Of a DNA stretch of 64,000 nucleotides, positions 38,066-48,056 are shown piece after piece. Origin of the DNA: Proteiniphilum sp. Lineage in GTDB: Bacteria > Bacteroidota > Bacteroidia > Bacteroidales > Dysgonomonadaceae. Position 1 is the stretch's first letter; every line of letters begins with the position of its first letter. The DNA is taken from NCBI GenBank assembly GCA_028709605.1, contig JAQVWR010000001.1, positions 2,662 to 66,661 on the forward strand, read 5' to 3'. Made by a program: the position numbers and the translations under genes. Below the pieces are notes generated by a model. That model saw nothing but the letters and a program-made list of their open reading frames with translations. It was not told the DNA's origin and did not search any database.

Positions 38066-38974
38066 ATGGAGAAGAGCATTCCGTTTTTACCAGCCTATTG
38101 GTTGCTGCTGGCAGCTGTCTTTCTCTGCACCTCGTGCGGAGAAAGCGGAGGTAACAGGTCTCAGGCAGGTAACAACCTGAAAATGGACACCATCAGCGTG
38201 GTCTCACGGCATCATCTCGAAGGGGATACCACCAATCCCTATTGCGACATCAAAGTGGAATTTATCTATCCCCTGAGCAGTCAGAAAACAAGCCTCGATA
38301 CGCTGCAGCAGTTTTTCGTGACTGCCGTCTTTGGTACTGCATACGCTACCCTGAAGCCCGATGCCGCCGTAAAGGCTTATATCAGAAACTTTGTGGATCA
38401 TTACACCCATGATGCCGGTACCTATCGGGAGACAGCCAGAGAACTGGATGAGCTGAATGCCCTGATACCCGAGATCGATCATGCCGACAATGAACAGGTT
38501 GGAAAGGACCGGTTCTATTCCTATTATGAAAGCATCTCCGACTCCATTGCATTCAATCAGCAAGGCCTCCTCTCTTTTCAGGTGAAACAGTCGAACAACA
38601 AAGGCGGAGCTACATCTTACCAGCTCTGCCGTAACTACGTGTTCAACCTTAGGGCGGGGGCACAGGTGACGGAGAATGATCTCTTTCATGCCGGATACGA
38701 TACGGCCCTGCAAAATATCATCATTGCATCGCTCCTCGAAGAAAACGGGGTGAAGAGCATTGAGGAGCTGGAAGAACTGGGCTTCTTCGGTATCCGTGAG
38801 ATCTTGCCGAACAGAAATTTCCTGCTAAACGAAGAAGGGATCATCTATACCTTCAATAAGGGAGAGTATTCGGCTTACCAGCTCGACGCACCCGAGATCA
38901 TGATCCCCTACCGATCCATTCGCTCCCTGTTGAGAGAAAACAGCATTGCATCCAAACTGGCCGACCTGAAGTGA
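38066..38974 (+). CDS. RsiV/DUF3298-like lipoprotein
   Basis: Lipobox TSC; PNRNFLLNEEGIIYTFNKGEYSAY..IPY C-terminal motif. Confidence 0.7.
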   Translation: MEKSIPFLPAYWLLLAAVFLCTSCGESGGNRSQAGNNLKMDTISVVSRHHLEGDTTNPYCDIKVEFIYPLSSQKTSLDTLQQFFVTAVFGTAYATLKPDAAVKAYIRNFVDHYTHDAGTYRETARELDELNALIPEIDHADNEQVGKDRFYSYYESISDSIAFNQQGLLSFQVKQSNNKGGATSYQLCRNYVFNLRAGAQVTENDLFHAGYDTALQNIIIASLLEENGVKSIEELEELGFFGIREILPNRNFLLNEEGIIYTFNKGEYSAYQLDAPEIMIPYRSIRSLLRENSIASKLADLK

Positions 38975-39594
38975 AACAGATAAAGACTTATTTCCCTGCC
39001 CTGACCGATCTGCAGGAAAAGCAGCTCGAAGCGCTGCATGCACTCTACAGAGAGTGGAACAGCAAGATCAACGTCATCTCGCGAAAAGATATCGATCATC
39101 TCTACCTGCACCATGTGCTCCACTCTTTAGCCATCGCCAGATATATAGCCTTTGCACCGGGTACCTCCGTGATGGATGTGGGTACGGGAGGTGGTTTTCC
39201 GGGGATCCCCCTGGCGATCCTCTTCCCGGAATCGCACTTTTTACTGCTCGACAGCATCGGAAAAAAGATCAAAGTGGTACGGGAGATAGCTACCGCCATC
39301 GGCCTGACCAATGTGGAGGGAATCCACTGCCGCGCAGAAGAGGAGAAAAGAAAATTTCACTTCGTGGTGAGCCGCGCGGTGATGCCCCTGCCGGAGCTCA
39401 TCCGGATCATCCGGAAGAACATATCGAAAGAACAGATCAATGCCCTGCCCAATGGCATCATCTGCCTGAAAGGAGGCGACCTGACAGCAGAGTTACATCC
39501 CTTCAGGCAAATTGCCGAGGAGATCTCCCTCACGGCCTATTTCTCCGATCCTTTTTTTCGGACAAAAAAACTAGTCTACGTGCCGTTGGGCTGA
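38971..39594 (+). CDS. rsmG: 16S rRNA m7G527 methyltransferase
   Basis: WNSKINVIS, HVLHSL, DVGTGGGFPGIPLAI, VSRAV, LKGG. Confidence 0.95.
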   Translation: MKQIKTYFPALTDLQEKQLEALHALYREWNSKINVISRKDIDHLYLHHVLHSLAIARYIAFAPGTSVMDVGTGGGFPGIPLAILFPESHFLLLDSIGKKIKVVREIATAIGLTNVEGIHCRAEEEKRKFHFVVSRAVMPLPELIRIIRKNISKEQINALPNGIICLKGGDLTAELHPFRQIAEEISLTAYFSDPFFRTKKLVYVPLG

Positions 39595-39622
39595 TTGCAA
39601 TGATCCAGAAACAGATAAGCAT

Positions 39623-40279
39623 ATGAAAATCAAAACATTCAAATTCAACCCGCTGGGAGTCAATACATATGTGCTGTCCGATGAGACAAAGGAGTGCGTG
39701 GTCATCGATGCCGCTTTTTTTTATGCCGATGAACAGGAGCTGCTGCTCAACTATATCCTCGATCATGATTTTGTAATCAAACATCTGATCAACACGCATC
39801 TTCATTTTGACCATCTCTTTGGCGTCAATACCCTCTCATCGCGGTTCGGTCTGACCCTGCAATGTCACCCCGACGATGTGTTCCTCTTGGAGGATATCCC
39901 TGTTCAGATGCAGCTGTTTGGGCTGCCTTCCGTTCATGCGGATTACCGGCCGGTGAACCACAGTCCGCTGAAGGAGGGGGATCGCATCTCCTTCGGGAAC
40001 CGGCAACTGCAGGTTTTGCATCTGCCCGGTCATTCTCCCGGCAGCATTGCTATGTATGATGCAGAGGCCGGCGCACTCTTCAGCGGCGATGTCCTTTTTC
40101 ATTCAAGTATCGGTCGCACCGATCTTCCTCGCGGCAGTTACGAGACCCTTACGAATAGTATCCGCACCAAACTGTTCCGCTTGCCCGATGCGACGACGGT
40201 CTACCCCGGCCACGGCGCGGCGACCACCATCGGCTATGAAAAGCGCTACAACCCTTTTGTCGGTATGCAACAAGCATGA
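39623..40279 (+). CDS. MBL-fold metallo-hydrolase (glyoxalase II-like)
   Basis: THLHFDH, PGHSPG, SGDVLF, GRTD, PGHG. Confidence 0.9.
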   Translation: MKIKTFKFNPLGVNTYVLSDETKECVVIDAAFFYADEQELLLNYILDHDFVIKHLINTHLHFDHLFGVNTLSSRFGLTLQCHPDDVFLLEDIPVQMQLFGLPSVHADYRPVNHSPLKEGDRISFGNRQLQVLHLPGHSPGSIAMYDAEAGALFSGDVLFHSSIGRTDLPRGSYETLTNSIRTKLFRLPDATTVYPGHGAATTIGYEKRYNPFVGMQQA

Positions 40280-40384
40280 GCATCATTGACACACAGGAAG
40301 ATGATCATTGCGCGTTTCATACGACCTGAACGGGAAAAAGTATCTTGACGTATGCATCAAAATGAAAAAAAAGATTAATATTGT

Positions 40385-43234
40385 ATGACAATGGAACATT
40401 TTAAATGCCGCCATATCGGCATCAATGAAGCCGATAAACAGGTGATGCTGGAGACCTTAGGCCTGCACAGCATGGATGACCTGATCGATCAGACCATCCC
40501 CCGCAACATCCGTCTCGAGCAGCCCCTGAGGCTCCCAAAAGCACTTACAGAACAGGAGTATGCCGAGGAGATCGCTCATATCGCCTCCCGCAACAAGGTT
40601 TTTACTTCCTATATCGGGATGGGATGGTATGATACCATCACCCCTGCACCCATCTACCGAAACGTATTCGAGAACCCGGTATGGTATACCTCTTACACCC
40701 CTTACCAGACGGAGATATCGCAGGGAAGGCTGGAAGCACTCCTCAATTTTCAGACGCTGGTGAGTGACCTGACGGCCCTGCCGCTCTCCAACTGCTCCCT
40801 CCTCGACGAGGCCACCGCTGCCGCAGAAGCGGCTACCATGATGTACGGACTGCGCAACCGTGAACAGGTGAAGCAGAAGGTGGAGACCCTTTTCGTGGAT
40901 CAGCACCTCTTTCCGCAGACACTGGCAGTATTGCGCACTCGGACGCACTACGCAGGCATTGAGATTGTTATGGGAGATTTCAAAAGTTTTTCTTTTGATA
41001 AACCCTGTTTTGGAGCTATTGTGCAGTATCCTAACGGAAACGGTAGCGTGGAGGATTACCGTGATTTTGTGGAGAAAGCACATGCGGCTGACTGTAAGGT
41101 GGCGGTCGCTACCGATCTGATGGCACTGGTGCTGCTCACCCCTCCGGGAGAGTGGAGCGCCGACATCGCCTTCGGCAGCAGCCAACGCTTCGGTATCCCT
41201 CTCTTCTACGGGGGGCCGTCGGCAGCCTTCTTCGCCACCCGTGATGAATACAAGCGTTCCATCCCGGGCCGCATCATCGGCATCTCAAAAGATGCCTATG
41301 GCAAAGAAGCCCTGCGCATGGCCCTGCAGACACGCGAACAGCATATCAAACGGGAAAAAGCCACCTCCAACATCTGTACCGCCCAGGCACTGCTGGCGAC
41401 CATGTCCTCCTTCTATGCCGTTTACCATGGGCCGGAAGGATTGAAACGCATTGCCCGCCGCATTCATTCCCTGGCTTCTCATGTGAGCGATGAGTTGCAG
41501 GCGATGGGGTACCGCCAGCTGAACGACAGCTTCTTCGACACCCTCAAAATCAGTCTGCCGGAGGGGATCACGGTGGAGGATATCCGCAACCATGCCGAAA
41601 TGCGGGAAATCAACCTGCGCTATTTCAATAGCGGCGAGATCGGCATCAGCCTCGACGAAACCACAAACGACTACCGGGTGCATGAGCTGCTGGCTCTCTT
41701 TGCCATGGCGGCCGGCAGCTCCAGGGTGTTGATGATCGATGACCTGCCGGAGAAGATGACGCTCAAAGAGGGTCAGCTCAGGACATCCGACATCCTCTCA
41801 CATCCTACCTTCCACCGGTACCATACCGAAACTGAGCTGATGCGTTACATCAAGCGGCTGGAACGAAAAGATATCTCTCTGGCACACTCCATGATCTCCC
41901 TCGGCTCCTGCACCATGAAGCTGAATGCTGCTTCGGAACTGCTGCCGTTGGGGTTCACCGGTTTTCAGCGCATACACCCCTTTGCTCCGGAAGAGCAGGC
42001 GGAGGGATATAAACAGATGACCGGTGAGCTGGAAGAGATGCTGGCCGAGATCACCGGTTTTGCCGCCACCAGCTTGCAACCCAACTCGGGAGCAGCAGGT
42101 GAGTATACAGGGCTGATCACCATTGCGGCCTATCAGGAAAGCATCGGCCAGGGCCACCGCAAGGTGGTGCTCATCCCCGCATCGGCACATGGCACCAATC
42201 CTGCCAGCGCTGTGCAGGCAGGATTCCGGCCCGTGACCGTGGCCAGCGATGCGAAGGGCAATGTGGATATGGAGGAGCTGCGCAGCAAGGTGGAACAGTA
42301 CCGGGAGGAGCTGGCTGCTTATATGATCACTTATCCTTCCACGCACGGTATCTTTGAAACGGAAATCCGGGAGATGTGCCGGCTGATTCATGAGGCAGGC
42401 GGACAGGTTTACATGGATGGTGCCAACATGAACGCACAGGTGGGGCTGACCAACCCTGGCACCATCGGCGCTGATGTATGCCATCTCAACCTGCACAAGA
42501 CCTTCGCCATCCCTCACGGTGGTGGCGGTCCCGGCGTTGGTCCCATCTGCGTGGCGGAACATCTGGTGCCCTTTCTGCCGGGACATCCGGTATCGCTCTC
42601 AACCGACAAGAACACCGTGTCGGCAGCTGCTTACGGCAGTGCCGGCGTGTTACCCATCACCTACGGCTATATCCGCATGATGGGTGCCGACGGACTCAGG
42701 GAAGCCACCGAAGCAGCCATTCTCAATGCCAACTACCTGGCAGAGAAGCTGAACAGCTCTTACGGGATTGTCTACCGCGGTGCCGGCGGAAGGGTAGGAC
42801 ACGAGTTGATCCTGGATTGCCGCGGCCTGAAGGAGGTCTCCGGCATCAGTGAGACCGACATCGCCAAGCGGCTGATGGACTACGGTTATCATGCCCCCAC
42901 ACTCTCCTTCCCGGTACACGGCACCCTGATGGTGGAACCCACGGAGAGCGAGAGCCTTTCCGAATTGGACCGTTTTGCGGCAGTGATGAACCAGATCCAT
43001 GAGGAGATCATCGAGGTCTCGCGCGGAGAATATTCACGGGAGGACAACGTACTGGTCAATGCACCCCATCCGGAGTATGAGGCAGTGGCCAATGAGTGGC
43101 ATCATGCCTATCCCCGCAGCAAGGCAATCTATCCGCTGCCCTTTGTGGCGGAGAACAAGTTCTGGGTGAATGTGGCACGGGTAGACGATGCCTACGGCGA
43201 CAGGAATCTTGTTTCCTGCCTCTGTCAGCTGTAG
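40385..43234 (+). CDS. gcvP: Glycine dehydrogenase (glycine cleavage P protein)
   Basis: YTPYQTEISQG, KATSNICTAQ, LGSCTMK, HLNLHKTF..PHGGGGPG. Confidence 0.97.
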   Translation: MTMEHFKCRHIGINEADKQVMLETLGLHSMDDLIDQTIPRNIRLEQPLRLPKALTEQEYAEEIAHIASRNKVFTSYIGMGWYDTITPAPIYRNVFENPVWYTSYTPYQTEISQGRLEALLNFQTLVSDLTALPLSNCSLLDEATAAAEAATMMYGLRNREQVKQKVETLFVDQHLFPQTLAVLRTRTHYAGIEIVMGDFKSFSFDKPCFGAIVQYPNGNGSVEDYRDFVEKAHAADCKVAVATDLMALVLLTPPGEWSADIAFGSSQRFGIPLFYGGPSAAFFATRDEYKRSIPGRIIGISKDAYGKEALRMALQTREQHIKREKATSNICTAQALLATMSSFYAVYHGPEGLKRIARRIHSLASHVSDELQAMGYRQLNDSFFDTLKISLPEGITVEDIRNHAEMREINLRYFNSGEIGISLDETTNDYRVHELLALFAMAAGSSRVLMIDDLPEKMTLKEGQLRTSDILSHPTFHRYHTETELMRYIKRLERKDISLAHSMISLGSCTMKLNAASELLPLGFTGFQRIHPFAPEEQAEGYKQMTGELEEMLAEITGFAATSLQPNSGAAGEYTGLITIAAYQESIGQGHRKVVLIPASAHGTNPASAVQAGFRPVTVASDAKGNVDMEELRSKVEQYREELAAYMITYPSTHGIFETEIREMCRLIHEAGGQVYMDGANMNAQVGLTNPGTIGADVCHLNLHKTFAIPHGGGGPGVGPICVAEHLVPFLPGHPVSLSTDKNTVSAAAYGSAGVLPITYGYIRMMGADGLREATEAAILNANYLAEKLNSSYGIVYRGAGGRVGHELILDCRGLKEVSGISETDIAKRLMDYGYHAPTLSFPVHGTLMVEPTESESLSELDRFAAVMNQIHEEIIEVSRGEYSREDNVLVNAPHPEYEAVANEWHHAYPRSKAIYPLPFVAENKFWVNVARVDDAYGDRNLVSCLCQL

Positions 43235-43245
43235 GCCTGTCAACA

Positions 43246-43295
43246 ATATGTACACAAGGGAGGGCGCCGAATGGCACCCTCCCTTGTGTACATAT
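43246..43295. terminator. Long hairpin between convergent genes (no U-tract)
   Basis: ATATGTACACAAGGGAGGG / CCCTCCCTTGTGTACATAT perfect 19-bp inverted repeat. Confidence 0.65.
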
Positions 43296-43303
43296 CCCGC
43301 GGA

Positions 43304-43915
43304 TCAGAACAACTCCGGTAACTTCCCCTTTTCAAACACGATCAGGGGAGAGTTGGAGATCTCCTTTCTGAATGTATCGGAGATCTCCTTGCTCACTTCC
43401 GTCAGGATCACCTTCACCCGGTTCCCCATTACATCGGGATAAGCCCCCGCGAAATGAGCCATCACGGGATGATCGTCCGCCACCACACTGTCCACCAGAA
43501 ATGCGTCAATCCGGTCCATCACTTGCATCATCTGACGGTAGGAATAGGTGACCGTCTCCACCCGGAAATCATCACTTCCCAGAACGGCTGCCAGCCGCTG
43601 CCTGTTGCCTTCGGCATTGCCGGTGACGGCGATCACAAAGGTGCCGCTGTTATCGATGAACGATCCTCCGTAATAGTCGGGGTAGAAGTCGGGATCCGTC
43701 TCCCGCTCCATCCAGTCGGCCCCGAAATGCTCCATCAGTTTCTCATAATCGTGCTCTGCCTGTTTCTTCTTCTCTGCCGTTGTGATGGCGGCCAATTTCG
43801 TGGTGTCACTGACGACCGCTTCGCCCGTTTGGGCATCTTTCTTCTGTTGCCCGCAGGCGGTGAGAAGCAGTATCGTGGCTGCAACCGGCAGAATCGATAG
43901 ATAGTTTGGTTTCAT
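43304..43915 (-). CDS. Hypothetical lipoprotein resembling an S1-protease pro-region
   Basis: Lipobox LTAC; YPDYYGGSFIDNSG, VTYSYRQM, GNRVKV motifs; no protease catalytic motif. Confidence 0.6.
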   Translation of the reverse strand: MKPNYLSILPVAATILLLTACGQQKKDAQTGEAVVSDTTKLAAITTAEKKKQAEHDYEKLMEHFGADWMERETDPDFYPDYYGGSFIDNSGTFVIAVTGNAEGNRQRLAAVLGSDDFRVETVTYSYRQMMQVMDRIDAFLVDSVVADDHPVMAHFAGAYPDVMGNRVKVILTEVSKEISDTFRKEISNSPLIVFEKGKLPELF

Positions 43916-44125
43916 TGTGCTGATTTCTGTTATGCCTGAATTCATCCGATCAAAAAAATATAACAGCTGGCAGGCCGTTTTGTTTGTACCGGGTGCCGAT
44001 ACCGTTCATCTGTTGTTCATCACACACATTTTGTCGCACGAGGCAGAAAAACCACGGATAGCGATGCGCACTCGGCAGCTTTTGCCTATCTTTGCCTGTG
44101 ACAAACATCCTAATTTGTGTATCCT

Positions 44126-44941
44126 ATGTGCAGAAAATACCTCCTTCCTCTTGTACTGGCCGGCCTGATAACCCTCCTCCTCTTTTTCTCCTGCGCAAAA
44201 GAGGATGTAAGCGAGAATGCAGCCCGTCTGCGGATCAAGCTGACCGATGCCGCTGCACCGGTGTTAAAGGAGATGTTTCTCGACATTGAAACGATCGAAG
44301 TTTTAGCCAACGACACTGCCGGCAATGCGGGTGAGTGGGTCTCTCTCTCTTTCACGGGCGGTGAATACAACCTGCTGAAACTGATGAACGGCAGAACGGT
44401 ACAGCTCACCGACCAGTATTTCCCCGCAGGCGGGAAGATCGACAAAATACGCATCACGCTGGGCAACCGCAACCGGATCGTGACCATCACCGATGTCGTC
44501 ATTCCGTTGCAAAAATCACCCGCCATCGCGGAGCACCTCATCATCCATGATGTGGATGCCGCACTCACAGCCAACAACATCATCAGCATCGTGATCGACA
44601 TCAATGCGGCGCTATCGGTGCGCGAATCAAACGGCAACTATTTTCTTGATCCGCGTGCTAGGGCATACCCGGAAACCTACGGCGGCTCCCTGAGAGGATA
44701 TGTAGTACCTCCCCAAGCATCTCCGGTTGTGCTGATCACCTGTGAGGGGGATTCTCTCCTCACCCTCCCCGAAGGGACAGAGGGTATGTTTCTCTTCACC
44801 GGCCTGCACGAAGGCCCCTGGAAGATACATCTGATCGCCAACCCGTCCGCCGGTTACCGCGATACCATTTTTACCGATACGGTGGTACAGGGCAAGATCA
44901 CGGAGATCACTCCCAAACCTATCCGCCTGCGACCTCAATAG
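44126..44941 (+). CDS. DUF4382-like lipoprotein
   Basis: Lipobox FSC; RLRIKLTDA, YNLLKLMNG; C-terminal beta-rich domain. Confidence 0.7.
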   Translation: MCRKYLLPLVLAGLITLLLFFSCAKEDVSENAARLRIKLTDAAAPVLKEMFLDIETIEVLANDTAGNAGEWVSLSFTGGEYNLLKLMNGRTVQLTDQYFPAGGKIDKIRITLGNRNRIVTITDVVIPLQKSPAIAEHLIIHDVDAALTANNIISIVIDINAALSVRESNGNYFLDPRARAYPETYGGSLRGYVVPPQASPVVLITCEGDSLLTLPEGTEGMFLFTGLHEGPWKIHLIANPSAGYRDTIFTDTVVQGKITEITPKPIRLRPQ

Positions 44942-45097
44942 CCGGGCCCGACCATTTGGAACCGGACAACCTGTTGCATCCATTCTTTTTTAATTAAATT
45001 TCACACCTGCATCGGCGCAGTCATTCGCTTCTTTATTATCTTTGCAGGGATGATCACGAATCCGAACCGATCACAATTATCTAACAATATCACACAG

Positions 45098-45610
45098 ATG
45101 AAGAAAATCCATTTTGCACTGATTTTAGCCGCCCTGCTGGTTGCAGGTACCTCCTGCAAACCGAAACAGAGTGCTTACAAGCAGGTATACGAAGCTGCCA
45201 AGGAGAGAGAGATGCAACAGACGGCCTCTCAGCCGACCACGGTGGTGAAGGATGCAAACCCGCTGCCGCCGGTAGAGGTCTCCGTACGAAAAGAAAAGGT
45301 GGAACCGGTCTATCCGACCGACGCTGCCGGTTTGAAGAAATACAGTGTGGTGATCGCTTCCCTGAGTGTCAAGCTCAATGCCGAATCGCTGAAAACACGG
45401 ATGGAAAACGAAGGTCACCAAGTGATCCTGGCCGAGAACGAACAGGGCATGTACCGCGTCATCATCGCCAGCTATGACGACAAGACTCAGGCAGCCGCCA
45501 AGCGGGAGGAAATTTACAGCCACTATTCCGCCAAAGGCAACACCGACTACCTGAGAAAAACCTATGGCGTACCTTTCAACGACCTTTGGATCCTGGAAAG
45601 GCAATACTGA
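45098..45610 (+). CDS. SPOR-domain lipoprotein
   Basis: Lipobox TSCK; SAYKQVYEAAK; YSVVIAS..NA..GMYRVIIASY. Confidence 0.8.
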   Translation: MKKIHFALILAALLVAGTSCKPKQSAYKQVYEAAKEREMQQTASQPTTVVKDANPLPPVEVSVRKEKVEPVYPTDAAGLKKYSVVIASLSVKLNAESLKTRMENEGHQVILAENEQGMYRVIIASYDDKTQAAAKREEIYSHYSAKGNTDYLRKTYGVPFNDLWILERQY

Positions 45611-45700
45611 CCGGTGAACGGGAGAACAAGCAGCAGTGATCCCTCACAACGGATCACCGCGATGCTCGTCTTTCTCAACGACACGAACAACAAACCGATA

Positions 45701-45737
45701 AAGCTGCCCGTTGACTGCAATGTGGCGGCTTTTTTTT
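45701..45737 (+). terminator. Intrinsic terminator after the SPOR gene
   Basis: AAGCTGCC...GGCGGCTT followed by T-run. Confidence 0.55.
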
Positions 45738-45749
45738 GATGCGGAACCA

Positions 45750-46508
45750 ATGAAGATACGTTTTCTGGGTACGGGTACTTCTACCGGCATTCCTCAGATC
45801 GGATGCACCTGCCCGGTGTGCCGCTCAGCCGACACGCGGGACAGGAGGCTGAGGTGCTCAATTGCCATTGAGACCGGCGGCAACCAGCTGTTGATCGACT
45901 GTACACCCGACTTTCGCCTGCAGGCTCTCTCCTTGCCGTTCCGGAAGATTGACGGGATTCTTTTCACGCATGAGCACTATGACCACACCGGCGGGATTGA
46001 CGATCTGCGTCCCTTCTCGCGGTTCGGAACGGTGGATCTCTACATGGAAGAGCGACTGGAAAAAACCGTCAGAAACAGGATGCCTTATTGCTTTACCGAA
46101 CACAGGCATGGCGGCATCCCGGATATCTGCATCAAACGCATCCCGGTACCGCAACCTTTTCATATAGGGAACACGGAGGTGATCCCTATCAGGGTTTTGC
46201 ATCACAAGCTGCCTATCCTGGGCTTCCGCATCGGTAATTTCGCTTACCTTACCGATGTGAAGAGCATTCCCGATAGGGAGTATGAGAAGCTGCACGGATT
46301 GGATACACTGGTGATCAGTGCCCTCCGCAAAACGGAACATATCTCTCATCTATCTCTTGCAGAGGCATTGCAGATCATTGAGAAGATCCGTCCGGGCAGA
46401 TCCTTTCTGACCCATTTCAGTCACGAGATGGGGTTGCATGCCGATATGCTGCAAGAACTCCCTTCCAGCGTCCTTCCTGCATACGACGGGATGGAAATTA
46501 CAATCTGA
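45750..46508 (+). CDS. PhnP-like MBL-fold phosphodiesterase
   Basis: FLGTGTSTGIP, CTCPVC, THEHYDH, YLTD, THFSH, AYDG. Confidence 0.88.
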   Translation: MKIRFLGTGTSTGIPQIGCTCPVCRSADTRDRRLRCSIAIETGGNQLLIDCTPDFRLQALSLPFRKIDGILFTHEHYDHTGGIDDLRPFSRFGTVDLYMEERLEKTVRNRMPYCFTEHRHGGIPDICIKRIPVPQPFHIGNTEVIPIRVLHHKLPILGFRIGNFAYLTDVKSIPDREYEKLHGLDTLVISALRKTEHISHLSLAEALQIIEKIRPGRSFLTHFSHEMGLHADMLQELPSSVLPAYDGMEITI

Positions 46509-46731
46509 TGCTGCGTGCTTTTGTTTTTTTAACCATAAAGAACGCAGCGTTTGACTGTAATATTCGTCTTTCCAGTGAGCCATATTTTGTTCGGGGCGGT
46601 TATTGCTCCATTGCATGGGAAAAATAATGACCTGAAAAAATGAAAGCTCCGTTAAACTATCGGAATAGGATTGAGTCAGATAGGGAGAGGTAGAAAAAAT
46701 GATCATAAACATATCATAAAGGGGAGAAACT

Positions 46732-48003
46732 ATGAAAACGAATCAATTTTTACTGGCAGCTTTGTTGGCAGCTATCCCTTTCTTCGGTTTCGCCCAGGAA
46801 TGGGACGATATTTATGCCGATCCTCTTGAGAAGGAAACGGTAAGGGTTCAGGCAAAAGAGCGGGAGCCGCAGAAAAAAAAGGTGGTCATCGTCCATGGCG
46901 ATGCATCCCATATGAAGGTACAGGCCAACGGCAGAGATGTGGACGAATATAACCGGAGGGATCGCAATGAGAGCCCTACCCGTGAACAAGCATATACCGG
47001 TGATACACTCGATACCGATTACGAGGAATATCAGTACACCGACCGCATTGTGCGGTTCCATGATCCCGAATCAAGCATTAAGATCACCGGTGCCGATGAG
47101 GTGGTGGTCTACGTGGGGGACGACCTCTATGAGAACTACAATAACCGTGGCTGGAATACAAATCTCTATTTCGGCATGGGATGGGGCATGGGTTATTATC
47201 CCTGGTATGACCCCTGGTATGTTGGAGGGTGGTATAGTCCCTGGTATTACAGCAGCTGGTACGATCCCTGGTATGGTTTCGGACCTTATTACGGCTGGAG
47301 TCGTTGGTACAGTCCCTGGTATTACGGCGGATGGTATGATCCCTGGTATTACGGATACGGGGGATTCTACGGCGGGGGCTATTCCCACGGATTCTACGAC
47401 GGCTATTACAGCAATCTGACCCATAACCGTTCCGGCAGAAGCACAGGGGTATACAGAAGCAGTTCCGCCAACAGAAGCTCCTCTGCAACCGCTCGTCTCT
47501 CCGGCAGATCATCCGCAGGCAGCCGTGGTACCTTCTCCGGAAGAAGCGCTACAACCAATACGCGCAGCGCCGTCTCCGGACGAAACGCCACGGTGAACAA
47601 CCGTACCGGCGCAAATGTTCCGAGGACCCGTATCCTCGACAACTCGGGTAGGGTGCGCGACTCCAGAACAGGACGAGTGATCGACCGTATCGGTACTACA
47701 TCCAGTCGTTCCGGCTCGGTCTACGGTACTTCTCCCGTGGACCGGACAGGAAGCTACTCTACCGGCAGAAGCCGCTCCACCTATCAGCGCTCCTCCACCA
47801 CGAACAGGAACGAAAGCTACAGCACTCCCTCCCGGAGTACACAGTCGAGCCGCAGCTCCACCTACAGCACTCCCTCCCAGAGCAGCACCTCCACGAGGAG
47901 CTCCACCTACTCGGCGCCCAGCAGAAGCGCCTCCTCCAGCTCCGGATCGTCCGGTCGCAGCTCCGGCAGCAGTGGCCGCAGCTCCGGCGGAGGACGCAGG
48001 TAA
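46732..48003 (+). CDS. Exported low-complexity protein (Tyr/Trp/Gly-rich middle, Ser/Arg-rich tail)
   Basis: Signal peptide, DDIY, RDVDEYNRR, YTDRIVRFH, repeated YDPWY/YSPWY, tail ending SSGGGRR. Confidence 0.8.
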   Translation: MKTNQFLLAALLAAIPFFGFAQEWDDIYADPLEKETVRVQAKEREPQKKKVVIVHGDASHMKVQANGRDVDEYNRRDRNESPTREQAYTGDTLDTDYEEYQYTDRIVRFHDPESSIKITGADEVVVYVGDDLYENYNNRGWNTNLYFGMGWGMGYYPWYDPWYVGGWYSPWYYSSWYDPWYGFGPYYGWSRWYSPWYYGGWYDPWYYGYGGFYGGGYSHGFYDGYYSNLTHNRSGRSTGVYRSSSANRSSSATARLSGRSSAGSRGTFSGRSATTNTRSAVSGRNATVNNRTGANVPRTRILDNSGRVRDSRTGRVIDRIGTTSSRSGSVYGTSPVDRTGSYSTGRSRSTYQRSSTTNRNESYSTPSRSTQSSRSSTYSTPSQSSTSTRSSTYSAPSRSASSSSGSSGRSSGSSGRSSGGGRR

Positions 48004-48056
48004 CTCATGGGTACGGAAGGCACAAATGGATCAAACAAATTAAATTTGCTTATTCT

